A stretch of DNA of 64,000 nt from IMG/VR virus record IMGVR_UViG_3300010885_080890; one strand, written 5' to 3'. The position numbers were made by a program, and so were the translations under genes. The notes beneath the pieces were generated by a model. The model was not told the DNA's origin and did not search any database. It saw nothing but the letters and a program-made list of their open reading frames with translations. Below are positions 48,223-60,042 of this stretch, one piece after another; positions within the stretch are counted from its first letter, which is position 1, and each line of letters starts with the position of its first letter. Source of the DNA: an uncultured virus (IMG/VR IMGVR_UViG_3300010885_080890). Its lineage: Duplodnaviria > Heunggongvirae > Uroviricota > Caudoviricetes.

Positions 48223-50097
48223 ATGAATACAGATATTACAAATAATCCATTTAGTTTGCCTATTAACGCTTATGCAGCGTTCGATGCCTCTAGTTTAAAA
48301 TCGTTAATGATACAGCGCTTGAGCCAGGGTAATGTATTTACAGATCAAATTTACGAGGGTAGTAATTTTAATAGTCTACTCGACATTATAGCTTACAGTT
48401 ATAATGTTCTGTTGTTTTATCTAAACAAAACTGCTAGTGAGAGTATCTTTAGCCAGGCACAGCTGTATGAGAACATGAATAAAATTGTAAAGTTGCTTGG
48501 GTATAATCCAATAGGCGTACAAACCAGTATTTTGAGTTTCAATACAACCGCGCCATCCAGTCTACCTAGTGGAGTTTATACTATTCCAAGATATTCTTAC
48601 TTTACAATAAACGGTATACCGTATTCATTCACCGAAGATGCAACATTTATAAAAAATAGCGATGGTGATGAAGTCTTGCAAAACTTAAGTGATTCTAGCG
48701 TCTTGTATCAAGGATTAATGACACCATATCCAAGTTATATAGCTAACGGCGCGCCCTACGAAGAATTTATATTAGCCGCAGTTGGTGATGAGGGTAATGC
48801 AGATTTAATAGACCATAATAACATACATGTTTACGTTACAACTAAGAACGGAACGTATGAACAATGGAATAGGGTAAATAGTCTTTACTTAGAATCATCT
48901 AACAGTAAGAGTTTTGAATGTCGTCTTAATGAAAATCAAAGATATGTTATAAAATTTGGTAATAATGTTAATGGAAAACAAATACCACAAAATAGTTTAA
49001 TAACTGTCTTTTATCTTAAGAGTAGCGGTTATGCAGGGCAAATAGGGCCAAACGTTTTGGACGGTAATAGATTATTTCTTTATAATCAGCCAACATACAA
49101 CAAGATTTTTAACGATATTAAAACAAATACAACTTACCTAAATGATGCTCAAGCATCTTTATTATCATTTAGTAACTCATCTCCTAGCACAGTCTTTAAC
49201 GGGTATGAAAGTACTAAAGATATACGTAACAACGCGCCTAATTTATTTAAAACACAATATAGATTAGTTACTACAACTGATACGGAACTTTATATAAAAA
49301 ATAATTTTAATAATGTTATTAATGATGTAGCTGTATTGAATAATTGGGAGTATCTAGCAGAGCATGTACGTTATCTATACAATTTAGGGCTAAAGTCCCC
49401 TAATAATGATAGCCGTGTATTGTTTAATCAAGTTACTTTTGCCGATAGTTGTGACTTTAATAATCTATATGTTTACGTGGTTCCTAAATTGCAAAATAAT
49501 AATTTTAGTACAACTCTTAGAAATAATTTTCTCAATACTGGATTAAAAGATAAAATTATAAACACTATACAGAATTTAAAAATGGCTACAACAGAGATAG
49601 TCATGATGGACCCTGTCTACATTGCAGTATCGCTGGGGGTAGCTAGTATAGATGAAATAAACAACAAAGAACTTACTACTTCTATAGGGGATGAAACAAC
49701 TATACTTGTCGGTAGATCGCCTAATAGTAGATTTTCAGAAAATGAAATAAAATCTCAAATTAATAATATAATAACTAGTTATTTTAGTGTTGAAAACTGT
49801 AAGCTAGGGCAAACTATAGATTTACTATCTTTAACATCATCAATATTATCATTAGAAGGTGTAACTTCTTTAAGAACTCAAAGAGTTGTAAATGGACAGC
49901 AAATAGTGAAAAACGGATTAAGTTTTATGGTGTTTAATCCCGTATACAGCGACTCTAACGAAGATATAAATATTATAAATCAAAACCTTACTCTACAAAG
50001 ATTTAAAATTCCATATTTGTACAAATCGGAGACAATATTTTCTAAAATTTTTGTAGTAACACCTGATACTCAGGAAATAAGCCTAAGGGAGTATTGA
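48223..50097 (+). CDS. gp6: Baseplate wedge protein gp6
   Basis: FTDQIYEGSN...LLDIIAY, LLGYNP, IKFGN.V.GK, IRNNAP..F.TQYRLVT. Confidence 0.88.
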   Translation: MNTDITNNPFSLPINAYAAFDASSLKSLMIQRLSQGNVFTDQIYEGSNFNSLLDIIAYSYNVLLFYLNKTASESIFSQAQLYENMNKIVKLLGYNPIGVQTSILSFNTTAPSSLPSGVYTIPRYSYFTINGIPYSFTEDATFIKNSDGDEVLQNLSDSSVLYQGLMTPYPSYIANGAPYEEFILAAVGDEGNADLIDHNNIHVYVTTKNGTYEQWNRVNSLYLESSNSKSFECRLNENQRYVIKFGNNVNGKQIPQNSLITVFYLKSSGYAGQIGPNVLDGNRLFLYNQPTYNKIFNDIKTNTTYLNDAQASLLSFSNSSPSTVFNGYESTKDIRNNAPNLFKTQYRLVTTTDTELYIKNNFNNVINDVAVLNNWEYLAEHVRYLYNLGLKSPNNDSRVLFNQVTFADSCDFNNLYVYVVPKLQNNNFSTTLRNNFLNTGLKDKIINTIQNLKMATTEIVMMDPVYIAVSLGVASIDEINNKELTTSIGDETTILVGRSPNSRFSENEIKSQINNIITSYFSVENCKLGQTIDLLSLTSSILSLEGVTSLRTQRVVNGQQIVKNGLSFMVFNPVYSDSNEDINIINQNLTLQRFKIPYLYKSETIFSKIFVVTPDTQEISLREY

Positions 50098-50098
50098 T

Positions 50099-53000
50099 AT
50101 GCCCGGGCCTAGTGTCAGTATACTAGCTACGGTACTGGATAATAGCAATAGACCCGTTAGTAAAGGTTATACGTTATCAAACACTCCTTTCTATTTTAAG
50201 CCAATATGGGATGGGGAATCTATTAATTACAGTCAATATGAAATTATTTGGGATTTTGGAGACGGTACTACATTTTTAGGGCTAAGTGCAACCCATGTAT
50301 ACAAATTACCAGGAATTTACCCTGTAACAGCTACATTTTTTAATAGAACAGGTCAGGCCTTTAAAATCACCAGTACCACCAGTTTAAGTGTTTACAACGT
50401 AATGCCTGATACTTTAATTTTTGATAGATTAACACCAACTTACAGAGAAGGTTTATATCTATTACCTGCAGGTAAAAAGAGCGAACCGCTAAAAATTTAC
50501 AGATACAATAGCTGGCAAAATGATAAATTTCTATCAAAAACCAACTATACAATAAATCTTTATGCATCAGGATCTAACAGTACATATTATTCACCAGAAG
50601 AATATTACAAAGGACGTTACTCACATTTAAGAAATTTCTTCGGCTTTATAGAAACTGAAGTTAATAATGATACATCACAGAACAAAATTATAAATAAAAC
50701 AACAACATCATCTGTTAGTGTTTACGCCATACCCAATTTTGATGAATATGGTGAAATTACTTTTGACTTTACAACAACACCTAATCAAAAAACAGCATTC
50801 GCCGGTACTTCAGGTAGTACGACCACAGACACAAAATACATAAGCTATATAGATCAAACACCTTCCAGCGATAAGAAAAATACCTTAATATATTTGTTTG
50901 CACATATAGATTCTACCGGTTTTGAAGACTCTTTTACCTTTAAAAACAATCTCTATACATACTTAAGTTTACCAGCTTACAGTATTAATAATACAGCATG
51001 GCAGACTCAATACCTTAAATCTGTTTTTAATCCAGCAGAAAAAATTTCTATTACAAGCAACGGTATTACGGTAGAAGGCGATGTAGATTACATAGGCAGT
51101 CTATCAGCACAACAAGTAAACTATTTTAATATCTACCCTATTAAATGGGCTGATTCAAAAATTTCTTTTTGCTGTACTTTCAAAGATTCCTCTAATTTTA
51201 CAACCAAAAATTATCCTAACATTACAAAATTTAGATTTGACGGCAAGCATCCCACCGAGGTTAATACTGTTAGCTTAAGCTTAGTAAGCTACAAAGATCA
51301 AACTTATAATACTACTAGACTATTTACTAAAGATACGGTGCAAAAAGACTATGAGAGAGTAGAAGATGCTATTTTTGAAAAAAATGACACAGTACCAGTA
51401 TTTAAAAATAGTAGCTATTTTTGCGGTATGTTAAGGACTAGGACTTCCGTAAATGCAGCTGTTATTAGTGCATGCGCTTTAATACAAGATGAGCCTGTTG
51501 CAAATTTAGGTATTACCTATGGTTATGTTGGTCAACCTGGCCTAAAAAATATAAAGAAATTTAATAAAAAAATTATAATGGATCACTGTGGTTCTGAAAA
51601 CTTGCAGTTTAAAGTGCTTACGGATGAAGTTTATACTATTAACACTATTCAAGATTCTAGTGTAGGTATTTCAGTTCTTCCTCTTGGTAGCTTTAATTTA
51701 GGAGAAAATAGAATATATGTAACAGATTCTGACAATGATATGATGAAAGTTTATACACCTGAAGGATATAGTGTGGGTAATATTAATTTTAGAAATGCTT
51801 TAATTTATACAGGTTCCAATACAGTACCTATTTCAGCAAACTTGCTCGGTGATTTAGACGGTGCGACCCCAGCTAGTATAGCTTTAAATAGCAAAGGAGA
51901 TGCTTGGGTTTCTCTATATGATGCAGTTTCATGTTTTAAGTTTGATTACTCAACTTTAACTATAACCGCTTGCGCGGTACCCCCTCTAAACAACACTTAT
52001 TATGATACATCATCTTATTTTTCAACTAGCGGATTTTCCGGTGAAAACTCACTTCTTCCAGCATGTTTAGACGTTGATAGTAGTGACAACCTTATTGTGG
52101 GTTATAGTCATCCTATTAGTGGGTTTATCATAAAATACAATAATGATGGTATTGCTAAAAAAGTAATAGCACTACCTCAATTTACTACAGTTCAGGAAAT
52201 AATAGCTGATAAATTTGATAATGTGTATGCTGTAGTTAAGGATATGAGACGTGACAAACCTAATCCACATTATGTGGATGATTTTGTATATAAATGGGAT
52301 CAAGATTTAAATTTAATAAAAAATTTTCCTGTCCCTATTAAAAATATTGGAAGTGCAACTATAGATTTAAACCAAAATCTATACGTTAACAACGGCGCAT
52401 CTAAGTTTACTAGAATCACCCCTACAGGTGATTTGACTGAGATTATCTTACCGGTAAACCCGGAAACGTTTATGCAATATATTGGCGGTATTGCTTGTGA
52501 TGAGGAAGGATTTCTATGGATTGTTCACAATCAAACAGGCAAAATGTATTTTTATCCTATCGATACATTAATACAGTTACCGTTGTCGGGTGTATTTTGT
52601 GGCGACTTGCCCGATATTCAGCTTATAACACCTAACGGTAGCCCTGCACATTATTCCGCTGTAGGTGACTGGACAGGGGTAAGATGGATAAACAAATTCT
52701 TAAAGAAAAATACCCCAGCTCCTAGATATATTTACGGAACAAGTAATTTATTTACTATCAAAGAAGACAAGCCTGTTATTTCAAAGATTAATGAGGATTA
52801 TGACCAGGCAGCCACTTTTAAAGGATATGTTTTGCAAGAATCACTTTTAAATAAATCTCAATTTTTTGATAATTTTCTCGGTCAAATTGTCGGTGATAGC
52901 GATAGTCTACCTACCGAGCTTGGCAAAACAATTTTTGAAAAAATTGCTAATTTTACATCTAACGTTAGTGATGTAGATAGGTGTGAGTTGGATTCGTTAT

Positions 53001-53596
53001 TGAGTATGCACAGTCAAATGGGCAAAGACCTCCCTGTATTTGGGGCTACCTATCCGCCTAAGCTAAGAAGAGTCATGAATTTACTAAGTCAAAAACAAAG
53101 TAAGCTGTTCGGTTCGCCTAATACATATAGATATGATTTTAATAACAGAGTTGACGGTAATAGTAGAAATTTAGGTGAAGAAATTGATATTATATCTGGC
53201 TATTTTATAGCTGGCGAACCTATAGTTACTTTTGAAAATTTTAGCCAAACATTTAAGCTAGTTTACAACACACTAGTACCTGAAACTAACGGAATAGTTA
53301 GCGTAGAAGGTAGTTTATATCCATTATCCGGTATAAACTACAACTGGGGATGGGGACTAGTTCTACCAGACGATAGTATTCACGGACCAGAGATTGCACA
53401 ATTTTATAAGTTCTATAAATACATACCATACATGCCTTTAAACGCTATAGACAGTTCGATAGACTTTAATAATATTCAAACTACTTATACCAATACTCAA
53501 AGCTCTTATAATGATTGGACAAAGTATGGAGGGATAATGGATCAAGCAATTTCAAGAGCATTATATGAAGGGTTAAATTTATATGATAATTTCTAG
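50099..53596 (+). CDS. Large virion protein with PKD domain and beta-propeller (baseplate/tail; gp7 position)
   Basis: WDFGDGT...HVYKLPGIYPV PKD motif; repeated IA.D..G..W propeller blades; GDWTG. Confidence 0.7.
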   Translation: MPGPSVSILATVLDNSNRPVSKGYTLSNTPFYFKPIWDGESINYSQYEIIWDFGDGTTFLGLSATHVYKLPGIYPVTATFFNRTGQAFKITSTTSLSVYNVMPDTLIFDRLTPTYREGLYLLPAGKKSEPLKIYRYNSWQNDKFLSKTNYTINLYASGSNSTYYSPEEYYKGRYSHLRNFFGFIETEVNNDTSQNKIINKTTTSSVSVYAIPNFDEYGEITFDFTTTPNQKTAFAGTSGSTTTDTKYISYIDQTPSSDKKNTLIYLFAHIDSTGFEDSFTFKNNLYTYLSLPAYSINNTAWQTQYLKSVFNPAEKISITSNGITVEGDVDYIGSLSAQQVNYFNIYPIKWADSKISFCCTFKDSSNFTTKNYPNITKFRFDGKHPTEVNTVSLSLVSYKDQTYNTTRLFTKDTVQKDYERVEDAIFEKNDTVPVFKNSSYFCGMLRTRTSVNAAVISACALIQDEPVANLGITYGYVGQPGLKNIKKFNKKIIMDHCGSENLQFKVLTDEVYTINTIQDSSVGISVLPLGSFNLGENRIYVTDSDNDMMKVYTPEGYSVGNINFRNALIYTGSNTVPISANLLGDLDGATPASIALNSKGDAWVSLYDAVSCFKFDYSTLTITACAVPPLNNTYYDTSSYFSTSGFSGENSLLPACLDVDSSDNLIVGYSHPISGFIIKYNNDGIAKKVIALPQFTTVQEIIADKFDNVYAVVKDMRRDKPNPHYVDDFVYKWDQDLNLIKNFPVPIKNIGSATIDLNQNLYVNNGASKFTRITPTGDLTEIILPVNPETFMQYIGGIACDEEGFLWIVHNQTGKMYFYPIDTLIQLPLSGVFCGDLPDIQLITPNGSPAHYSAVGDWTGVRWINKFLKKNTPAPRYIYGTSNLFTIKEDKPVISKINEDYDQAATFKGYVLQESLLNKSQFFDNFLGQIVGDSDSLPTELGKTIFEKIANFTSNVSDVDRCELDSLLSMHSQMGKDLPVFGATYPPKLRRVMNLLSQKQSKLFGSPNTYRYDFNNRVDGNSRNLGEEIDIISGYFIAGEPIVTFENFSQTFKLVYNTLVPETNGIVSVEGSLYPLSGINYNWGWGLVLPDDSIHGPEIAQFYKFYKYIPYMPLNAIDSSIDFNNIQTTYTNTQSSYNDWTKYGGIMDQAISRALYEGLNLYDNF

Positions 53597-56500
53597 TATA
53601 CTTAATAACGATTACAATGCTTTTGACAATAAAGACCCATATACGTTTTTAGAATGGTTTAAGCAAAATGATTCTGTCGATCCTGATGTAAATGTTCAAT
53701 TTCTTGAATATAAAAAATATATTTTAAATTGGACAGAAAAGAAAAAATTAACAAAAATAGAGACAAAAAACGTTATCCAGGCTAGTTACGTACAGGTTTT
53801 AAGGGAAATAGCGGTCTCTTACAGCACAGAGGAGGAAAAACGTTTTGTAACTAATGCCGATTTAAACAATCCAAGCGATGTAGAAATAGTACTACCATTC
53901 TTTATTTACAAATTAAAGCAAATATGCCTTTACTATGCTATAGCAAGAGAAGAATTAAAAAGTAGTTTTATTGAATATGGTTCAAGAGGTACTAGCTTTG
54001 GGGTAGAGAAAATAGTAAAAGATTTAATATTTTCTACTGCAAGGCTTGATATATCGTTTGATAATTTACCTTGCTTTTTTCCTCCTCTTTCTTCTATCGC
54101 ACAAGATTTATATGTAACTGTAGAAGAAATATACGATACTACAGACAATTATTTTAATGTATCGCCTGATAATATTAGTAAAGACAGGTATAGTACAGTG
54201 CAAAATCTTTCCTCTATAAATTTAATTTTTCCGAATTTATATGTTGAATTTAAGCAAGCAGTAGTAGACGCAATCCATCAATACCCTATTTATATAGATT
54301 CATTAAAAAACACTTTTGCAATTAACCCGCCTCTATCTGGCATCGAATTAAATTATTTAAAGAATAGAGATTTTGTAGACTATCTTCAGTCAAATTCCAC
54401 TGATACTTTAAAGTTAAATCTCTTGCGTAAATTAGCGCCAAAGTATCTAGCAAATGATTTTTATTATCTTAGTACAGGTAGTACTACTACTAATTTTGTA
54501 TCCGGTTTGTTATTCTCAGTGTCGCCGCTCACAGGTGCACCTACTCTTAATTTGTTAAATAGAAATAATCCCAGTGTAGCCACGGTACCAAATACTAATG
54601 AATTATATACAGAATTAGAACTAGGTAGGTTCTTTTTACCACATCATCAAGGCGTACTGATTCACAATACACCACAAAAGACATTTAGCATTAACACGGG
54701 TGAATTACTTCCTAATACCCTTTATGCATTTCCGGATCCCAACGTTGTTGGAAGTGTATCGTATAACAGTAATATTGATAATAATTTTCCTTTAGTTTAT
54801 AAAGTAGATGTCTCTTGGAATAAAGTAAGTCGTAGTAATCAGTTTAAATTTGGCGATGTATTCGCAATACCTTATAACAGCCTGTATTATGGTTATCAAA
54901 GTCGAGAGCAAGATTTAAATCTAGGGACTTCGGGTATTAGTAGAGTTCAGGATAATGTTGATTTTTGGGGTGGATTAAAAAAGAATGAATGGCTTAATGC
55001 TGATATATGGCCTGGTATAGATGTAGCAGATATTTACCCTAACCAAGATAGGCAAGAATCTTTACTGGTTAATAAAGGTACACCGGTTTATTGGGGAAGC
55101 GATATATTTAATAATGATTTTTGTCTTATTAAAGAAATTAGTCCTTTAAAAAACATTACAAATACAACCAGTCTTACTAGCCAGGGTATTATACCTGGTC
55201 AAAATACTAAAGTTACGGTTAATTCTAAACTATTAGAAGAACAATCAATTTACAATAAGAAAAATGTTCTACCTGGAGATTTATATTTTAGAGATAATAT
55301 TGTTGGTAAGACATACACCGGGTTAATGGCGTTAAGCAGCGTACTTTTGAGATATCCTAAAAAAATATATGAAAGTATTCAATCTAAAATAGTTTATTTT
55401 GCTATCTACGGTAATACTTTTGTTTTAGAAACGGATGATATAGTTGTAGTTGATAGCTATAATTATGACTATGACAATAATCGTATAACACCAACGACAC
55501 CGCAGGGTTTATTTTTTGATAAATTTTTAACCTATAAAAATATTGAACGTTTTGCCGGGGAATGGTATTCTGAAAGAGATGATAAACTATATCTATGCTT
55601 TTTAGTAGTAAATCCTCTTCACGGTAAATCTAGCTATAAGTCCATATACCCTAAGATATACGATATTAATCTTAGTCCTCTAGTTTCTAAGCTAATTTAT
55701 CCTGATCCAGAAAAAGATATATTTTTAACGTATTCACTATCGGCTAACTCTGAAATACCATCACAAATTGATTTAAAATTACTTGATGGTATAAGTGTAG
55801 AGTTTTTAAACAAAACTAACATATTTAACATTTCGTATCTAGGTAAGAATCTCAATAGTCTGCCATTTGTAGTAAATGAGCAAATTTATAAAAACGAGCC
55901 TTATTTTTATACTTATCAGCCCCAAATATTTCAACCATTTTATTATACTGTAGATACTAATTATTTCACTTCAAGCCTACCTTATTTTACAAAATATATA
56001 GGATCAACGACTGGGATAGTAGGGTCTCATAATTTTATTCAAGGCCAACTCAATACCTCGCAATATAGTGCGACCGGTGTTAACTATATGTATTGCGATG
56101 GTGCACTACCTGTGCAACTAAACCTTTTAGGAACTTATATAGTTCAATTTGATTGGCAGGTTTATAGCGAAGTTACCGTGTTTATAGGATGCTCAGGTTA
56201 TATAATTAGAAATACTGATTCTAATTTACTATGGAATGCCGATACCGCGACTGCAAAATATCTATTTAAACAAGACACAGTAGGTACTATAGTTGAAAAA
56301 CTGTCTACTAACGGTGTTAATACTAATATATTAAATGTAGGTCTTGAGATAACCAGGCTAACCGATGACCCCTCATTAGTAAAGTTTGTTCTTAAAAGTA
56401 ATACATTGCCAGCAGAATCACAAATATGTAATACTCCTTTAGATATTTTTAGAAATCTTAATATAACACTCCTAGGCGAAGGTAGCGGCCGTATTATTAC

Positions 56501-58079
56501 TGATCCATTTTGTATTGATTGCTCATCTAGCTGTTCAGAGCTATATCCATTAAACAGTACAGTTACTGTAATTGCTAGCGCTGACGACTATAGTCAGTTT
56601 GAAAATTGGATAGGAGACCCTTGTGATCTATTTAAAACTGATTGTATATTCACTGTTACAACAGCCGTAAATTTAACAGCTTATTTTAGTAAGCTTCCTA
56701 TATTTGATATTATTGTGACAACTCCAGCAGGTAAAGTATATTCTCAAGATTTAAAACTTTATGCAGACGCTGGTAATGGTTCAAACGGACCAGTTACTAC
56801 TAGAAACCCTTATCTTATTAATAGCTTAGTAACCCTTTCCGCATTAACACCAGTTTCTGGTTGGGCTATGTATGGTTGGGAGGGAGGCCGATGCACCGGT
56901 ATTGGAGGCGATAGATGTACATTCTTTGTCAATGATAATATGAATATTAAAGCGAGATATATCAGATACTATGAATATCCGCTTAAAATTTATGCATCTT
57001 CTTACATACGTACACAATCTGCTGCTAATGATACAATTATAATAGGTGCCGATTATGTTAATGATGGGGTACATACAAGAAATAAATTTGATATTAAGTA
57101 CACTTGCAATAGCACTTGTACTTTTGTTTTTACAGGAACAAATACTTCTAGATACGGAAATACGCTTGTTACTTTATCAGCAGCGCCATCTCCCGGGAGA
57201 AAGTTAAAATATTGGACAGGTGATTCCTCTTGTGATAGTACTGAATATGTATCGCCAATAACAGATATCATTACAACTATTCCTGTACCGGCAGTAAACA
57301 TAGGAAACTACTGTACCTTAGAAATGGATAAGCCTAGATCTGTTACAGGTGTTTTTGATATTGGGTATTATACATTAACGTTAATTATTTCTGGAGACGG
57401 ATTAGGTGATATATTCACATCGCTACCTGACCCGTACTTCAGAGATAGTGTTTTAGGAGGAGATATTATAAAGTACTCTGTTTTAAGCGGTACATCTCTA
57501 ACTGTAAGGTGCTCAGCATTGAGAGGTAGTACGTTCCTAAATCTTTCAAGTAGATACTGCACGCCTATTGATTCTGTAAGCACGTGCAGGGTAACTATGG
57601 ATAATGACGTCACGGTAATCTCAACAATTACAGCTACAAGCTTCTATACACTTAAGATTGTCAACCCATTTACTTGCGGTGTTCAGATTACAGCATATCC
57701 AAACGGCAGGTATAATCAACAAGTATGTTGCCCGCCGAATAATTTAACTGAAAAATGCGAGGCGCTGTATCCATCCTACAGATTAATTAATGTAGAGGCT
57801 ATCAACACTAGCGATAGCTGTGGCGTTGCTTATTTCTTAACAGATCAAGATATAGTTGATAATGGTGGATTAAAGGTTCAATATCAAAAGGGAGCAGGTT
57901 TATACATGTCTGTAATGAATAAGCCTGTAGGATTTGGTGAGGTATTTTCATTAATTGATGGTAGTATTAAGTTAACACCTGGAGGTACGCCTTACAAAGC
58001 TGGTCCCGGCATTGTTATTGAGCCTAAAGCCTTTGTATCTATGACAGATAACGTGACAATAACCGCAATGCCCTTTTAA
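53583..58079 (+). CDS. Large tail/baseplate protein with C-terminal Cys-containing InlB-B-like repeats
   Basis: Repeats of G.GSG.I...C...C...Y...VT..A.....F..W.G..C. Confidence 0.7.
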   Translation: MIISSILNNDYNAFDNKDPYTFLEWFKQNDSVDPDVNVQFLEYKKYILNWTEKKKLTKIETKNVIQASYVQVLREIAVSYSTEEEKRFVTNADLNNPSDVEIVLPFFIYKLKQICLYYAIAREELKSSFIEYGSRGTSFGVEKIVKDLIFSTARLDISFDNLPCFFPPLSSIAQDLYVTVEEIYDTTDNYFNVSPDNISKDRYSTVQNLSSINLIFPNLYVEFKQAVVDAIHQYPIYIDSLKNTFAINPPLSGIELNYLKNRDFVDYLQSNSTDTLKLNLLRKLAPKYLANDFYYLSTGSTTTNFVSGLLFSVSPLTGAPTLNLLNRNNPSVATVPNTNELYTELELGRFFLPHHQGVLIHNTPQKTFSINTGELLPNTLYAFPDPNVVGSVSYNSNIDNNFPLVYKVDVSWNKVSRSNQFKFGDVFAIPYNSLYYGYQSREQDLNLGTSGISRVQDNVDFWGGLKKNEWLNADIWPGIDVADIYPNQDRQESLLVNKGTPVYWGSDIFNNDFCLIKEISPLKNITNTTSLTSQGIIPGQNTKVTVNSKLLEEQSIYNKKNVLPGDLYFRDNIVGKTYTGLMALSSVLLRYPKKIYESIQSKIVYFAIYGNTFVLETDDIVVVDSYNYDYDNNRITPTTPQGLFFDKFLTYKNIERFAGEWYSERDDKLYLCFLVVNPLHGKSSYKSIYPKIYDINLSPLVSKLIYPDPEKDIFLTYSLSANSEIPSQIDLKLLDGISVEFLNKTNIFNISYLGKNLNSLPFVVNEQIYKNEPYFYTYQPQIFQPFYYTVDTNYFTSSLPYFTKYIGSTTGIVGSHNFIQGQLNTSQYSATGVNYMYCDGALPVQLNLLGTYIVQFDWQVYSEVTVFIGCSGYIIRNTDSNLLWNADTATAKYLFKQDTVGTIVEKLSTNGVNTNILNVGLEITRLTDDPSLVKFVLKSNTLPAESQICNTPLDIFRNLNITLLGEGSGRIITDPFCIDCSSSCSELYPLNSTVTVIASADDYSQFENWIGDPCDLFKTDCIFTVTTAVNLTAYFSKLPIFDIIVTTPAGKVYSQDLKLYADAGNGSNGPVTTRNPYLINSLVTLSALTPVSGWAMYGWEGGRCTGIGGDRCTFFVNDNMNIKARYIRYYEYPLKIYASSYIRTQSAANDTIIIGADYVNDGVHTRNKFDIKYTCNSTCTFVFTGTNTSRYGNTLVTLSAAPSPGRKLKYWTGDSSCDSTEYVSPITDIITTIPVPAVNIGNYCTLEMDKPRSVTGVFDIGYYTLTLIISGDGLGDIFTSLPDPYFRDSVLGGDIIKYSVLSGTSLTVRCSALRGSTFLNLSSRYCTPIDSVSTCRVTMDNDVTVISTITATSFYTLKIVNPFTCGVQITAYPNGRYNQQVCCPPNNLTEKCEALYPSYRLINVEAINTSDSCGVAYFLTDQDIVDNGGLKVQYQKGAGLYMSVMNKPVGFGEVFSLIDGSIKLTPGGTPYKAGPGIVIEPKAFVSMTDNVTITAMPF

Positions 58080-58086
58080 ATAATAT

Positions 58087-60042
58087 ATGATACAAACAAC
58101 ACAAAATATTGCTATTTACAATGATCAGCAGCTAGATTTATGGAGTGATATTATTGTAAGTTTCGAGTACGAGAGGTACGCATATAATACTTCAACTACA
58201 GGTGGGTTTGCAGTAGTTTTTTTTAACAGTATAGTTGATTTACCTAGAGGTGGAGGTCCAGAATATAGCTTAGGATATACATCTAATACTAGAGCCGAAT
58301 ACTGCTCAAAAGGTGGCTATTCTGGTTTGCAAGCAGCTTTCTTAGGTATTGGATTTGATAATAAAGGATTGTTTGGCGCCGAAATAGATGGTCATAACGG
58401 TATACCTCTATCAGAATTAAACCAGGTCCCTACTATTACTGTAAGAGGCGGTGTAGCGGAAGACTATAATGTTTTAAACACATTTAATTTAAATGGTTTG
58501 TCTGCATATTCTAATGCATCTACATTTACTATAGATCAAAGTGCGTCATCTACAGGAACTATATTTAAAAGATCAGTAAGAATTATTCTTAAAAATAATG
58601 CAACAAATTTACTTGTACAGTTAAAAAACAATCCAGATACGGAACAATTTGACACTGTTATCGATATGCAGCTTCCTGAAAAAGCTCGTACCGCCCTAAG
58701 AGTGGCTCTTACTAATACTTCTAGTAATAACATTACAAAGTTTAATGTTTTAAACTTTAATACTGCTGGCTTCCCTGGGGTTACTTCGACACAAAAATTA
58801 GATCAGTGCTCTGATGTAATAGTACAAAAGAGTTTTGGTTTAAAAAATAGCGAATTGTGTGCAGGTAATGAATATGTGACAACTTCATTACCTAACAAAG
58901 TGGTAACATATACTACCGATACTGTTAAATATAATTTAAAAAATATAATTTACACGGGTTCAGGTATAAAAATTACTGGTTCCTCCGGTGACTATGTTGT
59001 AGGTATCTATGAAAACAAGCCTCTAGTTGCTGTATATAAGTATCTTGGAGAAAAATTAGCAAAAAATTTCTTAATAACTACACCTGATAACGGTATTCCA
59101 ACTTGGGCAGATATAGACATGAATACAGGAACGCTTGCCTTGATGACAAGATCAGTATCAGGTGTCGTGTATGTTTACAATTATACAAGCGAATCTATGG
59201 ACCAGGTAAAGATTGGTAAGTTTAATCTCTTTCAAACTATACCATATTCTCCTGCAGTGCATGGTGATTCTGGTTTTCAAGATAAATTAAAAATAAGCGG
59301 AAAAAATTTAATTATTACTGGCGGTAATGAAAAAGTACATACCTATAGAAAGGATATCTCTACTTTGTGGACTTACGGTCAAAAGTTAAGTGCTACTATT
59401 GCAGCTAATTTTATTACCGGATTTGGTGAAGAAATTGCGGTCTCTGGTGATCATCTCTTAGTAGGTGCGCCACAATCACAAAAGCTAGCAATACCTGAGC
59501 CTACACAGGGAGAGGTATATCATTATGCTTATTCAACAATAGAAAATAAATGGAACTTAGTAATGGCACTTGGAAGTTTTTACGGTCTCAATACACCTCT
59601 AGGAACTTTTGGATCTACTATAGCTTTTGAAGATGATACTTGTGTTGTAGGTAGTCCCGGTGAAGAATATCGCATTGATGAAAATAATTCTATAATCAAT
59701 GTAGGTAGAATACATTTGTTTAGAAAATCTGCTGGTGGTGTGTTTTCACAAGGCGCTTCTATTTCACCAGAAGATAATTACATCGAAGCAAATAGTTTCT
59801 ACGGAACAAAAGTTGCAATTTATGACGGGTATGTTTTTGTTCTTTCACCTTTTACAGAGTTTTACAAAAAATCATATATTACAGCTTACAATCTAGATTG
59901 TAAATTTAAGTTGCCTCCACCACAAATTAATATTCCTGCATGCGCGCTAATAACCTTTGACAATAGAGCATTTATCTTGGATAGTATTACAGGAACTTAC
60001 ATGTTATCATATTCCTGCAGAATAGGGGGCGATAACTTTTGA
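58087..60042 (+). CDS. Lectin-like plus FG-GAP propeller tail protein
   Basis: GGFAVVF...SLGY...LGIGFD..G.F (L-lectin-like); FG..IA.SGD.LLVGAP and FGS.IA...VVGSP repeats. Confidence 0.65.
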   Translation: MIQTTQNIAIYNDQQLDLWSDIIVSFEYERYAYNTSTTGGFAVVFFNSIVDLPRGGGPEYSLGYTSNTRAEYCSKGGYSGLQAAFLGIGFDNKGLFGAEIDGHNGIPLSELNQVPTITVRGGVAEDYNVLNTFNLNGLSAYSNASTFTIDQSASSTGTIFKRSVRIILKNNATNLLVQLKNNPDTEQFDTVIDMQLPEKARTALRVALTNTSSNNITKFNVLNFNTAGFPGVTSTQKLDQCSDVIVQKSFGLKNSELCAGNEYVTTSLPNKVVTYTTDTVKYNLKNIIYTGSGIKITGSSGDYVVGIYENKPLVAVYKYLGEKLAKNFLITTPDNGIPTWADIDMNTGTLALMTRSVSGVVYVYNYTSESMDQVKIGKFNLFQTIPYSPAVHGDSGFQDKLKISGKNLIITGGNEKVHTYRKDISTLWTYGQKLSATIAANFITGFGEEIAVSGDHLLVGAPQSQKLAIPEPTQGEVYHYAYSTIENKWNLVMALGSFYGLNTPLGTFGSTIAFEDDTCVVGSPGEEYRIDENNSIINVGRIHLFRKSAGGVFSQGASISPEDNYIEANSFYGTKVAIYDGYVFVLSPFTEFYKKSYITAYNLDCKFKLPPPQINIPACALITFDNRAFILDSITGTYMLSYSCRIGGDNF